A DNA stretch of 64,000 nt from an uncultured Bacteroidota bacterium (lineage in GTDB: Bacteria; Bacteroidota; Bacteroidia; Bacteroidales; GCA-2748055), in the NCBI GenBank assembly GCA_963716765.1, contig CAVQUO010000024.1, forward strand, positions 1,491 to 65,490. Reading direction: 5' to 3'. The notes under the pieces are model-generated. The model searched no databases. It was not told where the DNA came from and saw only the letters and a list, made by a program, of their open reading frames with translations. Both the position numbers and the translations under genes were made by a program. Each line of letters begins with the position of its first letter. The first letter of the stretch is position 1. Below are positions 10,823 through 21,873 of this stretch, piece after piece.

Positions 10823-11326
10823 CTATTTCCGGAATACAAAATACTGGCTCAGAACAATGGTTGAGGCGGAAAGGGCCGTGCTGAGGATTACCCGGAGCAA
10901 GGTACTTAAAAAATTCTGCAACTGGAACACCTCCAGGTAGAAGAGGGCCAGGTGATGCACCAGCACAATAAGCAGTGTGTATTTAAGAAACCAGGCAAAA
11001 CCATAGTAATAGATTCGAGGAAAGGTTTCAGGTTCATATCCATCCCGAGGGGCAAGAAGGTTCAGAATGTAGGGTCGGACAAATGCAATCAGGACCGTTG
11101 CTGCAGTATGCATCCCGGGAGTGTGCTCAAACAGATCAATCCCAAATCCAAGTATAAAACCCGATAATAAAACGATCCACCTGGGCGTATCAAAGGGCAT
11201 AAGAAGGATGAACAGGAGATAAATGTAGGGCACCATATACCCATTAATCATCACATTATCCATCACCAGGATCTGGAAAGCGATCACCACAAAAAAGCGG
11301 AATATATTTCTGGCAATGATGTACAT
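10823..11326 (-). CDS. mreD: Rod shape-determining protein MreD
   Basis: MYIIARNIFRFFVVIAFQILV... is a polytopic small membrane protein. Its ATG overlaps the reconstructed mreC stop (TAATG). Conserved position between mreC and mrdA. Confidence 0.8.
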   Translation of the reverse strand: MYIIARNIFRFFVVIAFQILVMDNVMINGYMVPYIYLLFILLMPFDTPRWIVLLSGFILGFGIDLFEHTPGMHTAATVLIAFVRPYILNLLAPRDGYEPETFPRIYYYGFAWFLKYTLLIVLVHHLALFYLEVFQLQNFLSTLLRVILSTALSASTIVLSQYFVFRK

Positions 11327-12147
11327 TATCCCGATTGGCCCTCCAGGTTTAACTGCTCCTCCTTTTGATAATTTCGAATCACATTTACATGGAAAAGGCT
11401 TTGAAAGGCGGTCGAGAGCCTTACCTTGATTTCGTAAAAATTTCCTTGCTCCAAGTGAGAATGATTCAATGGTGCCCACTTCGATTCCTTCTGGAAATAT
11501 TGAGGAAAATCCACTGGTGACAATCGTGTCGTTTTCCAGCAGATCAACGTGAAAGGGGATCTCATTTAAATCTGCAAAAAGGGGCGATTTTCCACCCCAT
11601 TGAAGAATTCCCGCATAGTTACTTGACTTCAGTTTAACACTGAGCCGAAAGTCAAGGTTGATAATTGGAATAACCGTAGCAAAGTTGTCCGAGGTTTCCA
11701 GCACGATCCCAACCACCCCCTGGTCGGAGATTACCCCCATATCCCTGAATACCCCGTCCTTTTCTCCATGATCAAGGGTGAGGTAGTTGTATTGTTTGTA
11801 GACGCTGTTGTGAATCACCCGGCTGGGGACAAAATGGTACTGGTACGGATCATTGAATTCAGAGAGAACCACTGAAGAATCCAGGCGCTGTTCCATTTGT
11901 TGGAGGCTGTTTCTCAGTTGGGCGTTTTCCTCCACAAGTATATTATTTGTTTCCTTCAGAAAGAGGTATTCCCTGGACCCGTCCACTTTGGTGTACATGA
12001 AACCGGATAACTGCTCTGTTAAGGCCGATGATTTTAGATCGCTGAAAGCCATTGCCCTGTACCATGAGTATTAACGCTGCCGTTTCAAGAACCAGAAACA
12101 AGCAGGAAGTCAGAATACTTCTGAATGAACCTGAGCAGTGTCCTCAT
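11326..12147 (-). CDS. mreC: Rod shape-determining protein MreC, about three frameshifts (about 12100, 12030, 11460)
   Basis: The true N-terminus MRTLLRFIQKYSDF/LLFLVLETAALILMVQGNGFQRS lies upstream of the 12052 Met. It is followed by a coiled-coil (LVEENAQLRNSLQQMEQ) and a beta-barrel core. The C-terminus is restored by alternative frame 11326..11565 (EQGNFYEIKVRLS...). Confidence 0.85.
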
Positions 12148-12169
12148 ATTTTCTCACCAGTGATCCTGC

Positions 12170-13189
12170 CTAACGCATCAGGAAGGGGTATTTGTCCACA
12201 TTCCTGAGAGCAATACCTGTCCCACGAGCTACAGCGGTTAAAGGGTCCTCTGCAATATGGAAGGGGATGGAGATTTTTTCGGACAGACGTTTATCCAGTC
12301 CCCTAAGCAGGGCTCCGCCTCCCGCAAGGTAAATCCCTTTAGTTACAACATCTGCATAAAGTTCGGGAGGAGTTTGTTCAAGTACCGAAAGAATGGCTGT
12401 CTCAATTTTGGAAATGGACTTATCCAGACAATGCCCTATCTCCTGGTAAGAGATGGGAATCTCAATGGGCAGGGCAGTCATCAGGTTAGGACCGCGCACA
12501 TAAAAGTCCTGTGGTGGCTCATCTAGCTCGGGAAGGGCTGAACCTACCTGAATTTTAATCTCCTCAGCGGTGCGTTCACCCACTTTAATATTGTGCTGGT
12601 GGCGCATGTAGGTCTGGATATCATAGGTAAAACCGTCGCCGGCTACTCGAATGGACTGGTTACAGACAATCCCACCCAGGGCGATGACGGCAATTTCGGT
12701 GGTACCTCCTCCAATATCCACCACCATACATCCTTCAGGGGCCTCCACATCAAGGCCAATACCAATGGCTGCAGCCATTGGTTCAAAGATCATGTATACA
12801 TCACGACCACCGGCATGTTCGGATGAATCGCGTACGGCCCTACGTTCCACTTCTGTACTTCCGGATGGAATGCACACGACCATTTTTAATGAAGGGGTAA
12901 AGAGTCGTTTCTTGGTATTGATCATCTTGATCATCCCCCTGATCATTAACTCCGCAGCCTGGAAATCAGCAATAACTCCATCACGAAGGGGTCTGATGGT
13001 TTTTATATCCTCATGTGTCTTGCCATGCATCTGACGGGCTTTCTCACCAACGGCTATCAGTTTCCCGGTGTGTTGATCAATGGCCACAATTGATGGTTCA
13101 TTGACAACAACCTTTTCATTGTGAATGATGAGTGTGTTGGCTGTGCCGAGGTCAATGGCAAGCTCCTGTTGAAAAGAAAATAATCCCAT
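12170..13189 (-). CDS. mreB: Rod shape-determining actin homologue MreB
   Basis: Intact 339 aa with DLGTANTLI, VVCIPSGSTEVERRAV, VDIGGGTTEIAV and GIYLAGGGALLRGLD. Confidence 0.97.
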   Translation of the reverse strand: MGLFSFQQELAIDLGTANTLIIHNEKVVVNEPSIVAIDQHTGKLIAVGEKARQMHGKTHEDIKTIRPLRDGVIADFQAAELMIRGMIKMINTKKRLFTPSLKMVVCIPSGSTEVERRAVRDSSEHAGGRDVYMIFEPMAAAIGIGLDVEAPEGCMVVDIGGGTTEIAVIALGGIVCNQSIRVAGDGFTYDIQTYMRHQHNIKVGERTAEEIKIQVGSALPELDEPPQDFYVRGPNLMTALPIEIPISYQEIGHCLDKSISKIETAILSVLEQTPPELYADVVTKGIYLAGGGALLRGLDKRLSEKISIPFHIAEDPLTAVARGTGIALRNVDKYPFLMR

Positions 13190-13208
13190 ATAATATATTC
13201 TTTAAATT

Positions 13209-14737
13209 TTAATGTTTGAAATGTCTGATTCCCGTAAATACCATGGCCATCCCATGCTCATTGCAATAGTCAATGGTTTCCTGGTCGCGAACCGATCCGC
13301 CTGGTTGAACCACTGCTGTAATTCCTGCTTTCCCTGCAATCTCCACACTGTCCGAAAATGGAAAAAATGCATCAGAGGCCATCACGGCTCCCTTCAGATC
13401 AAATCCAAAATGTCTGGCCTTTTCAATGCTCTGCCTGAGTGCATCAATGCGTGAAGTCTGACCAACACCCGAGGCCAGCAATTGTTTGTTTTTGGCCAGC
13501 ACAATGGCATTGGATTTGGTATGCTTTACAATCTTATTGGCAAAGACCAGGTCATCAAGTTGGGATGCATCCGGGGTGACCATGGCAGTAACAGGTTTCA
13601 TGTCACCCTGCGGATTCTGTGCCACGATCACGATCCTGGAGGATCACTCCATTGAGAACGGTCCGAATCATTTTTTCAGGGAGTTGAGTTTCCTTTAGGA
13701 CGAGAATTATCCGGTTCTTCTTCTGTTTCAGAATATCCAGGGCATCCTGGTCATATCCAGGTGCGATAATCACTTCGAAAAAGATCTTGTGCATCTCTTC
13801 GGCTGTGGCAGCATCGATGGTTCTGTTGGTGATCAGAACTCCACCAAATGCAGAAACCGGATCGCCGGCCAGTGCATCATTCCAGGCATCAACCAGCCTA
13901 TCCCTGGATGCAAGTCCGCATGCATTATTGTGCTTCATGACCGCAAAGGTTGTTTCTTCAAAATCACTTATCAGGCAAACGGCAGCGTCAATATCCAGCA
14001 AATTGTTATAGGAAATTTCCTTGCCGTGCAACTGTTCAAGAATCTCTTCCAGGTTTCCGAAAAATTTTCCATCCTGATGAGGATTTTCACCATACCTGAG
14101 CGTGCTTGCCATTGGAATTACTCACTTTCAGTGCTGAGATCTTGCCCTCGTCAAAATATTTGAATATTTCAGCATCATAGTGGCTGGAGACCTGGAATGC
14201 TTCGGTGGCAAAGGCCCTTCGCTGTTCGAATGAGCTTGTTCCATTGCCCGATTCAAGAAGTTCCAGCAGAGGCCCATACTGGTCCATGGATGCTACCACC
14301 AGCACATCTTTATGATTTTTTGCAGCGGCCCTGATCAGGGAGATTCCCCCAATATCAATTTTTTCAATGATGTCCTGGTCCGGGGCACCAGAGCGAACCG
14401 TATCCTCGAAAGGATATAGATCCACGATAACCAGATCAATTTCCGGAATCTCATATTCTGCCAGTTGGTCCAGGTCTCCCTGGTTTTCCCTTCGGCCAAG
14501 GATTCCCCCAAAAACTTTTGGGTGCAGCGTCTTTACACGTCCGCCAAGGATGGAAGGGTAGGAGGTGAGCGCTTCGACAGCATTTACAGGGATTCCCAGC
14601 CCTTCAATGAAGCTAAAAGTACCCCCTGTGGAATAGAGCCTTACGCCTAGTTCATTGAGTTTTTTCACGATCTTGTCAAGTCCTTCTTTGGAGTATACGG
14701 AGATAAGTGCACTTGAGATTTGTTTCAGGGTGGTCAT
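13209..14737 (-). CDS. purH: Bifunctional AICAR formyltransferase / IMP cyclohydrolase PurH, split into three ORFs by two frameshifts (about 13620 and 14100)
   Basis: [11 protein letters not shown]...GGRVKTLHP (MGS-like domain), LRYGENPHQ, and the C-terminal [32 protein letters not shown]. Confidence 0.93.
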
Positions 14738-14826
14738 GGTGTATAATTAAAACTATCTTACTAACTTTAACTTCTCTGCAAAAGAAGCGGTTTCCGGTGA
14801 CAATATAAAGCGAATAGCAACAAATT

Positions 14827-16097
14827 ATGAATAAAGAGATGCAATTGATTCGCCTGATATGGGAAAGTCTGATTATGGCTGTGCATGCGGTTACCACAAA
14901 CAGGCTCCGGGCATCACTTTCTCTGCTTGGAATTACCATCGGAATATTTGCCATTATTGCTGTTTATACGGTTGTGGATTCACTCGAAACAAATATCCGG
15001 GAGAGCTGTGAATAGCCTGGGAAGTGATGTGATTTACATTGAAAAGTGGCCCTGGACCTCCGAAGAGGGAAATGAGTATCCCTGGTGGAAATACATGAAC
15101 CGGCCACTGGCCACCCTTGATGAGTATGAATTCATCAAGGCCAAAAGCAAAAGCACTGAACATGCATGTTTTATTTCGGCGGTGGGAAGAAGGATTGAGT
15201 ATAAGAATAACAACATCGACCGGGCCGATGTTTTCGGGGTTTCCAACGGATTCCAGGATATTCGCTCCTTTGAAGTAAGCAAGGGGCGCTACTTTAATCA
15301 TGTGGAGGCCAAAACAGGTCGGAATGTAGTGGTCCTTGGAAGCAAGATAGCCACAGAACTTTTTGAAGGAGCCAATCCCATTGGGAAATATGTAGAGTTA
15401 ATGGGCCGAAAGGTGATGGTGATCGGTGTATTGAAGAAAGAGGGGAAGGGTACATTCGATACCTTCATTCTTGATGAGGTAGCTATTTTACCCCTGGGCT
15501 ACTATATGAGCTTTGTGGATATCCGGCGTGAATGGGCCAACCCTCAAATCTGGGTCCAGGCAAAAAAAAGTGTTGGGGTTGACGAGCTCACCTTTGAGAT
15601 CAGACAGATCCTGAGGTCTTACAGGAGGATTCAACCCTCAGATGAGGATAATTTCGCTTTGAACCAGACCAGTCTGATCAACAATCAGTTGGATAAACTT
15701 TTTGCGGTGTTGAAAGTGGCTGGTACCTTGATTGGTATCTTCTCCATTATCGTGGGAGGATTTGGAATCGCTAATATTATGTTTGTTTCCGTGAAGGAGC
15801 GAACCCATATCATCGGAATTCAGAAGGCCCTTGGTGCAAAAAAATATTTCATCCTGCTACAGTTCCTTTTTGAATCACTGATGCTCTCCATAGCAGGGGG
15901 TATAATTGGCTTGCTGATTGTATTCCTGGGATCAGCCGCAATCTCACTTATCCAGTGACTTTTCAATGTACCTGACCATGCATAATATTATGGTGGGTAT
16001 AGTGATCTCCAGTGTAATAGGGCTGGTAAGCGGGATATTTCCAGCATGGCAGGGGGCCAGGATGAATCCGGTTGTGGCCATCAATACCTCTTTTTAA
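14827..16097 (+). CDS. ABC transporter permease, MacB/FtsX family, two frameshifts (about 15005 and 15955)
   Basis: The N-terminal part is NRLRASLSLLGITIGIFAIIAV, followed by a periplasmic MacB-like core and the FtsX block VKERTHIIGIQKALGAKKYFILLQFLFESL. The last TM plus GIFPAWQGARMNPVVAI is in a third frame. Confidence 0.85.
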
Positions 16098-16103
16098 GTC
16101 TTT

Positions 16104-17465
16104 TCAAATAAAAATGCCGTAGAGGATCCTTCCCATGAGGAAGTAAATAATCAGTCCCATGATATCGTTCATGGTGGTGATGAAGGGACCTGTGGCCAGG
16201 GCCGGATCAATTTTGACCCGGTTCAGTAAAAGGGGAATCAGGGTCCCAAAAAGGGCGGCAAAGATGATCACTACAAAGAGTGATGTACTCACTGTAAAGG
16301 TGAGCGCCAGGTTATCACTCACGAAAAAATTGTAGAGAAACAGGAGTCCCGAAAGGATCAGTCCATTGAGTAAGGCAACCAGCAATTCTTTAAAAAGCTT
16401 CTTTTTTGTGCTTTCCAATCCAAGGCTGTTGCTCGCAATACCCTGTACAATGATGGCTGAAGACTGAATCCCCACATTCCCGGCCATGGCAGCAATCAGG
16501 GGAATGAAAAATGCCATTTCCGGATTAATCTGGATGTCTTCTTCGAAACGGCCAATCACAGCGGCCACAACAATGCCCCCAAAAAGGCCGATGATCAGCC
16601 AGGGCAGTCTGGCTCTTGAGAGTCTTGCAGGTGAGTCGGTGGTCTCCACGTCTGTGGTGATACCGGATGCCAGCTGGTAGTCTCTTTCAGCCTCTTCCCT
16701 GATCACATCCACCACATCGTCGATGGTGATTCTTCCCATGAGCCTGCCTATGGAGTCTGTTACCGGGAGTACGATGAGGTCGTACTTCTCCATAATCTGA
16801 GCAACCTCTTCCGAACGTGCATCTGTCTGAACCGATCGGATATCTGCGTTGTAAATATCTCTCACCTTGGTGGATGCACTTGCCAGCAGCAATGCCTTGA
16901 GGGAAAGAATTCCCAAAAGCACATTCTCATTGTTCACCACATAGATGTAGTAGATCTCATCCAGGTCTTCGGCTTGTTTCCGCATCTCCCTGATGCAGGT
17001 TGCAACGCCCCAGTTTTCATTGACACGGATCAGCTCTTTGGCCATCAGTCCTCCTGCCGTATCCTCATGATAACCAAGAAGATCCACGATGTCTCCAGCT
17101 TGTTCAACATCGTCGATATGGAGAAGAATCTCCTGCTTTTTTGCTTCGTCAAGGTCCCCGATTACATCGGCAGCATCGTCCGAGTCCATGTGATCGATAA
17201 ACTGACTGGCGATCAACTCAGAAGGAAGCGAATTCAGGAATTTCTCCCGGTCATTTTCTTCCAGCTCCACCAGTACATCCGATGCTATCTCCGGATCGAG
17301 CAGCATATAAAGGTAGGTGGCCTCTTCGATGCTGAGCTCATCATAAATCTCTGCAATATCAGCCGGGTGCAATAATTCAAGCAAAACCACTGAAGCAGCA
17401 TCATCTCGGATTTTGATGGCCGCCAGCATTTCGTCCAGGAATTCGCGGGTTAGTTTTTGGCTCAT
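16104..17465 (-). CDS. mgtE: Magnesium transporter MgtE
   Basis: Intact 453 aa with an N-domain, tandem CBS region (VLPVTDSIGRLMGRITIDDVVDVI) and a 5-TM MgtE channel (GNVGIQSSAIIV, ATGPFITTMNDI). Confidence 0.93.
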   Translation of the reverse strand: MSQKLTREFLDEMLAAIKIRDDAASVVLLELLHPADIAEIYDELSIEEATYLYMLLDPEIASDVLVELEENDREKFLNSLPSELIASQFIDHMDSDDAADVIGDLDEAKKQEILLHIDDVEQAGDIVDLLGYHEDTAGGLMAKELIRVNENWGVATCIREMRKQAEDLDEIYYIYVVNNENVLLGILSLKALLLASASTKVRDIYNADIRSVQTDARSEEVAQIMEKYDLIVLPVTDSIGRLMGRITIDDVVDVIREEAERDYQLASGITTDVETTDSPARLSRARLPWLIIGLFGGIVVAAVIGRFEEDIQINPEMAFFIPLIAAMAGNVGIQSSAIIVQGIASNSLGLESTKKKLFKELLVALLNGLILSGLLFLYNFFVSDNLALTFTVSTSLFVVIIFAALFGTLIPLLLNRVKIDPALATGPFITTMNDIMGLIIYFLMGRILYGIFI

Positions 17466-17478
17466 TACTTTTCCGATT

Positions 17479-18265
17479 TTACGGATCAGAGCTAAGTACC
17501 AGCTGCTCTGCCACCCAGAGGGTCAATTCGATGAATTGTTGAATATCCAGTTGTTCAGGCCTTTTTGAAAGCAATTCGTATTCGCTGTCCAAATTTAGTA
17601 AAATAGATTGGATGGAGTTCCTGATCATTTTCCTGCGTTGATTAAAAACTGCTTTAACGACTTTTCGAAATAGTTCTTCGTCACATGGCAGTGCTTTTCT
17701 GTCGTTTCTTGTCATGCGAATAACACCTGAAGTAACTTTCGGGGGTGGGTGAAATGAGCCGGGTTTTACCGAAAATAGATACTCGATATTGTAGTAAGCC
17801 TGCAACAAGAACGCTCAGGATTCCGTAACTTTTTGTTCCATGTGGAGATGAAATCCGCCGGGCCACCTCTTTTTGCAGCATACAAACCACCGAATCGACG
17901 CGATGCCTGTTTTCCAATACCTTGAAGAATATCTGGCTGGAGATATTGTAGGGAAAGTTGCCTATGATATGAATTCTTTCACCGGGAAATTGATCCAGAT
18001 CCAGTTTCAAAAAGTCTCCTTCCACCAGTTTACCGTCCAGCTGGGGCCATCGGGCAAGCAGGTGCACCACTGATTCCCTGTCGATCTCCACCGGAACAAA
18101 AGGCAAATTTTTCTCCAGGAGCCATTCGGTCAGGACTCCGGTACCTGGCCCCACTTCAAAAACAACATCCTCAGGTTGAGAATGCATTGCCTCAACAATT
18201 CTCTGTGCGATGCTAGGATCGGTCAGAAAGTGTTGTCCTAAATGTTTTTTTGGTCTTACCATCAA
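17479..18265 (-). CDS. rsmA: 16S rRNA (adenine1518/1519-N6)-dimethyltransferase RsmA/KsgA, one frameshift about 17805
   Basis: KKHLGQHFLTD, SAM site VFEVGPGTGVLTE and GNFPYNISSQI. The C-terminal part QAYYNIEYLFSVKPGSFHPPPKV is in ORF 17479..17808. Confidence 0.9.
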
Positions 18266-18309
18266 TTACTCAAAGTTAAAAGGATTTAGGTATTTTTGGA
18301 ACTTTAAAA

Positions 18310-18801
18310 ATGATTGAGATGATCAAATTGAAGAATCCCTATGCCACCAAGGAGGGATATAACTGTTTTGGATGCAGTCCCACCAATCCAATCGGACTAA
18401 AGATGGAATTTTTTGAAGATGGGGACGAGGTGATATGCAACTGGAGTCCGGAAAATGGTTTCGCAGGCTTCCATGATATCCTGCATGGCGGGATCCAGGC
18501 GACCATGATTGATGAGATTGCCAGTTGGGTTGTTCTCGTTAAACTGGACACATCGGGTGTCACCTTTCGCTTGAATACCCGCTACCGGGAACCTGTTCGC
18601 ATTTCCAGAGGTGAAATCTCCCTTCGTGCCAGGCTAAAGGAGGTGCGCAGGAGAATCGCAACAATCGAGGTGGAGTTAATGGATGGGGAGGGAAAGGTGT
18701 GTTCTGAAGGTACAGTTGACTATTTCCTGATTCCCAGGGAAAGGGCAGTTACTGAATTTCATTATCCGGGTAAAGAGGCTTTTTATACTAAAACAAAGTG
18801 A
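18310..18801 (+). CDS. PaaI-family hotdog-fold thioesterase
   Basis: 163 aa with CFGCSPTNPIGLKMEF and FHDILHGGIQATMIDEIASW, typical of the PaaI/YdiI hotdog family. Confidence 0.7.
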   Translation: MIEMIKLKNPYATKEGYNCFGCSPTNPIGLKMEFFEDGDEVICNWSPENGFAGFHDILHGGIQATMIDEIASWVVLVKLDTSGVTFRLNTRYREPVRISRGEISLRARLKEVRRRIATIEVELMDGEGKVCSEGTVDYFLIPRERAVTEFHYPGKEAFYTKTK

Positions 18802-19976
18802 TGCAATACGATTTTGACAAATATATCGAGAGGAAAGGCAGCGACAGTGTTAAATATGACCTGAATGGGATTATTTTCGGAAAAGAAGATTTGCTCCCCA
18901 TGTGGGTGGCTGATATGGATTTTGAAGTTCCCGGTTTTATCAGGGAGGCGATTAATGAGAGGGCTAATCACCCCGTTTATGGATATACCTTTCGTCCCCG
19001 CAGGTTCTTTGAATCAGCGGCCAACTGGATGAGCAAAAGGCATGGATGGGAGGTAAGTCCCGATGCTTTCAGCTTCAGTCCGGGAATCGTTCCGGCCCTG
19101 AATATGATTGTAATGGAGTTTAGCGAGCCGGGGGACCGCATCCTTGTTCAGCCTCCTGTCTATTTTCCATTCTTCAATGCAATTACAAACCACAAAAGGG
19201 AGTTGGTCTATAACCAGTTGATTGAGCAGAACGGGGAGTATGAGATCGATTTTGATCAGCTAGAGCAGGAGTTTAAAAAGGGGATTAAGATCTTTTTCCT
19301 TTGCAATCCCCACAATCCCGTTGGCAGGGTCTGGTTGAAAGAAGAACTCAGTCGACTAGCCGCCCTGGTGGTAAAGTACCAGGTTCTTGTGATCAGTGAT
19401 GAAATTCATTCCGACCTGCTACTGTTTGGAAACAAACATATTCCTTTTGCCTCCCTGGGGAAGGAGGTGGCTGATCTTACCTTCACCTGTGTGGCGCCTA
19501 GCAAAACATTCAACCTGGCCGGGCTCTATACATCGGTGGTAATTGCCAGCAATCCCAGTCTGAAAATGGGTTATGAGCGCATTTTGGATGCGGTACATGT
19601 GGGTGGTGGTTGTCTGTTTGGACAGGTCGCTTTTGAAGCTGCCTATAACCATGGAGCAGATTGGCTCCGGCAATTAAATGCCTACCTGGAGCAGAACTTT
19701 ATCTTGCTCAAAGAATTTTTGGGGTCTGCCCTTCCAGGTGCAGTGGTCTCACCTCTTGAAGCAACCTATCTGGTGTGGATAGATTTTGCTTTCCTGGGGA
19801 AGGATGAGAAGGGATTAAAACAATTTATCATTGAGGAAGCCGGGCTGGGCCTGAACGATGGTCCCATGTTTGGTCCGGGTGGAGCAAATCATCAAAGGAT
19901 GAATATTGCCACTACCCGGGAAGTACTCTTGAAGGGTCTGGAACAGTTGGCCACGGCAGCGGCCCCTTATTTCTGA
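18798..19976 (+). CDS. PLP-dependent C-S lyase (MalY/PatB cystathionine beta-lyase family, aminotransferase class I/II)
   Basis: DKYIERKGSDSVKYD, LPMWVADMDF, CNPHNPVGRVW, VISDEIHSDL and SKTFNLAG (PLP Lys). The likely ATG at 18801 overlaps the upstream stop (TGATG). Confidence 0.85.
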   Translation: MMQYDFDKYIERKGSDSVKYDLNGIIFGKEDLLPMWVADMDFEVPGFIREAINERANHPVYGYTFRPRRFFESAANWMSKRHGWEVSPDAFSFSPGIVPALNMIVMEFSEPGDRILVQPPVYFPFFNAITNHKRELVYNQLIEQNGEYEIDFDQLEQEFKKGIKIFFLCNPHNPVGRVWLKEELSRLAALVVKYQVLVISDEIHSDLLLFGNKHIPFASLGKEVADLTFTCVAPSKTFNLAGLYTSVVIASNPSLKMGYERILDAVHVGGGCLFGQVAFEAAYNHGADWLRQLNAYLEQNFILLKEFLGSALPGAVVSPLEATYLVWIDFAFLGKDEKGLKQFIIEEAGLGLNDGPMFGPGGANHQRMNIATTREVLLKGLEQLATAAAPYF

Positions 19977-20044
19977 CCATTTTGATTACATCACAAGAAA
20001 GAGGTATATTTAAAAAACTGTTCATCAGATATTATTCTTAAAGC

Positions 20045-21178
20045 ATGAAACTCAGGTTTTCATTCTCACTGAAGTTCCTTTTGCCTTACCTGCTTTTCGC
20101 TACCCTGTTCTTGTTGGTCTTTTTCAGAGTGCGAAAGAGCGGGGACCAGTTGCTTATTTTACTTTCTCTTTGTGGTGCCATCATCAGCATCCTGGCAGGG
20201 GTGATTCAAAATTTCTGGTTAAAAAAGCCTTTATACAAGGTAAGAAGTCTGTTGGCTCAACTTACCCGTGGGCAATTGCCGGCTTTTAGTGCTTCAGATT
20301 CGGCCGATGAGATTGGAGATCTTGAGAGATACCTTGGAAAACTGGTGGAGAACCTTCGATCACTTACCTTCTTTGCCAGGTCATTAGCCTCCGGTGATTT
20401 TTCCAGCAATTATGAACAGCCTGGTGCCGATGATGAGATTGGCGAAGCCTTGCTTTCTCTGAAGGGGAGCCTGATGGCCTCGCGAAAGGAGAGTGAGAGC
20501 AGGCGGCGGGATGAAGAGAACCGGACCTGGGCCGCACATGGCCTGGCGAAATTCAGCAAGCTGTTCCAGGAGGCTGAAGATGACCTTGAGGAGCTCTCCA
20601 GGGAGTTGATGAGGGAGCTTGTGGAATACACCGAGGCAGATGTGGGTGCCCTGTTTATTGTATCGGATAGTCAGCCACCCGAACTACAACTCTCAGGTAG
20701 TTATGCCTTTGATAGAGAGAAGTTTATTGCCAAATCATTTGAGTTTGGAGAGGGGCTTGTTGGAAGGGCTGCACTGGAGAAGGATATTATCTATGTGAAC
20801 GACCTTCCAGAGGGATATATGAAAATTCGTTCGGGTTTGGGTGAAGATCTTCCCTCTTCTCTCCTCCTTGTACCTGTCATTCTTGATCATAATGTGCTGG
20901 GTGTAATTGAGCTGGCCTCTCTGGGTGAAATCCCGGCCTTTCAGGCAGGCTTTATCCAACAGCTGGCCGATTTAATGGCTACAACCATTGCCAAGGTGAA
21001 GGCAAATCATAAGAACAGGGAGCTGTTCGAACAGTCCAGGCTACAGGCCGAGAAGTTAGCCTCTCAGGAGATGGTTTTCAGGCAAAAGCTTGAGAAACTG
21101 GAAAAAGCAGTCCAGGATCATCTAATGAATGAAGAACAGTTTAAAAAGGAGATAGAAGACTTGAAGAAAAAAAACTGA
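20045..21178 (+). CDS. Membrane-anchored HAMP + GAF domain protein with coiled-coil tail and no enzymatic output domain
   Basis: Two N-terminal TM segments, a HAMP-like linker, a GAF-like block (VGALFIV...GEGLVGRAALEKDIIYVNDLP...VPVILDHNVLGVIELASL) and a KE-rich C-terminal helix. Confidence 0.7.
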   Translation: MKLRFSFSLKFLLPYLLFATLFLLVFFRVRKSGDQLLILLSLCGAIISILAGVIQNFWLKKPLYKVRSLLAQLTRGQLPAFSASDSADEIGDLERYLGKLVENLRSLTFFARSLASGDFSSNYEQPGADDEIGEALLSLKGSLMASRKESESRRRDEENRTWAAHGLAKFSKLFQEAEDDLEELSRELMRELVEYTEADVGALFIVSDSQPPELQLSGSYAFDREKFIAKSFEFGEGLVGRAALEKDIIYVNDLPEGYMKIRSGLGEDLPSSLLLVPVILDHNVLGVIELASLGEIPAFQAGFIQQLADLMATTIAKVKANHKNRELFEQSRLQAEKLASQEMVFRQKLEKLEKAVQDHLMNEEQFKKEIEDLKKKN

Positions 21179-21346
21179 TCTTTTCCTCTCATTTTGACAT
21201 TCGATAATCAAACGCTATGCCATAATGGCGCAATTAATTTATTTAAAAGCGACAATATGACATGATAAATTGACTGGCATATGCTTTGCCCTATGATGGA
21301 CGATGTTTAAAAACAAATATGAACCAATCAATAGGAGGAAAGAAAA

Positions 21347-21847
21347 ATGTTAGCAAGAATCAACAGAAATTATGTTCCCGCATATTGGGATGATTTTTTT
21401 AATGACAAGTTTTTCAATGGTGTTGCACCAGCGATAAAGAATGGCAACTCGCCTGCAGTAAACGTAATTGAGGAGGATAATTCCTTCAGAATTGAGGTAG
21501 CTGCTCCCGGTGTTGCTGCAGATGATTTCAAAATCAAGCTCGAAAATGATATGCTTACCATCTCAAGTGAGCAGAAAGAGAACAAGGAAGATGTAGAGCC
21601 TAAGTACCTGCGAAGAGAGTTTTTTTACAGTTCGTTTAAAAGAAGCTTCCAGTTGCCAGATACTATCGATGCCGGAAGCATCAGGGCTAAACATGACTCA
21701 GGAATATTGAGCATCGAGCTTCCTAAAAAAGCAGAGGTAGTTCAGAACGCTCACAGAGAGATTGAAGTAGAAAGTGGAAAGTCGAAAGTCGAAAGTGGAA
21801 AGTCGAAAGCTGAAAGTGGAAAGTCGAAAGCTGAAAGTAAGAGTTAG
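21347..21847 (+). CDS. Hsp20/alpha-crystallin small heat-shock protein with a repetitive C-terminal tail
   Basis: Alpha-crystallin core (PAVNVIEEDNSFRIEVAAPGV...FKRSFQLPD...AKHDSGILSIELPK), an IXI-type motif IEV, then (V/A)ESGKSK repeats. Confidence 0.9.
   Translation: MLARINRNYVPAYWDDFFNDKFFNGVAPAIKNGNSPAVNVIEEDNSFRIEVAAPGVAADDFKIKLENDMLTISSEQKENKEDVEPKYLRREFFYSSFKRSFQLPDTIDAGSIRAKHDSGILSIELPKKAEVVQNAHREIEVESGKSKVESGKSKAESGKSKAESKS
21767..21844 (+). repeat. In-frame 21-nt tandem repeat (3 full copies plus a partial copy) encoding (V/A)ESGKSK
   Basis: The unit GT(A/C)GAAAGTGGAAAGTCGAAA / GCTGAAAGTGGAAAGTCGAAA occupies 21767-21787, 21788-21808 and 21809-21829, with a partial copy at 21830-21844. 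Confidence 0.9.
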
Positions 21848-21873
21848 GATAGTGTAAGTTGGATTGTGGGATT

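Noticed and set aside
10823-12052. The 409-aa ORF looks like an MreC-MreD fusion protein.
   Set aside because: The fusion is created by a frameshift near 11460 that moves mreC into the mreD frame. The alternative frame 11326..11565 gives a normal MreC C-terminus (EQGNFYEIKVRLS...) ending in a TAATG overlap with the mreD start.
21179-21346. The hsp20 leader could be an RNA thermometer. An SD-like AGGAGGAAAG sits just upstream of the ATG, with a complementary TTTTCCTCT about 150 nt upstream.
   Set aside because: The pairing is only 8 bp including a wobble, and it is long-range. There is no ROSE or fourU-type local hairpin, so chance complementarity cannot be excluded without folding or comparative data.
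21767-21844. Tandem repeats at 21767-21844 and 27203-27238 could be CRISPR-like or non-coding satellite arrays.
   Set aside because: Both are in frame inside ORFs, have no spacers, and encode simple peptide repeats.
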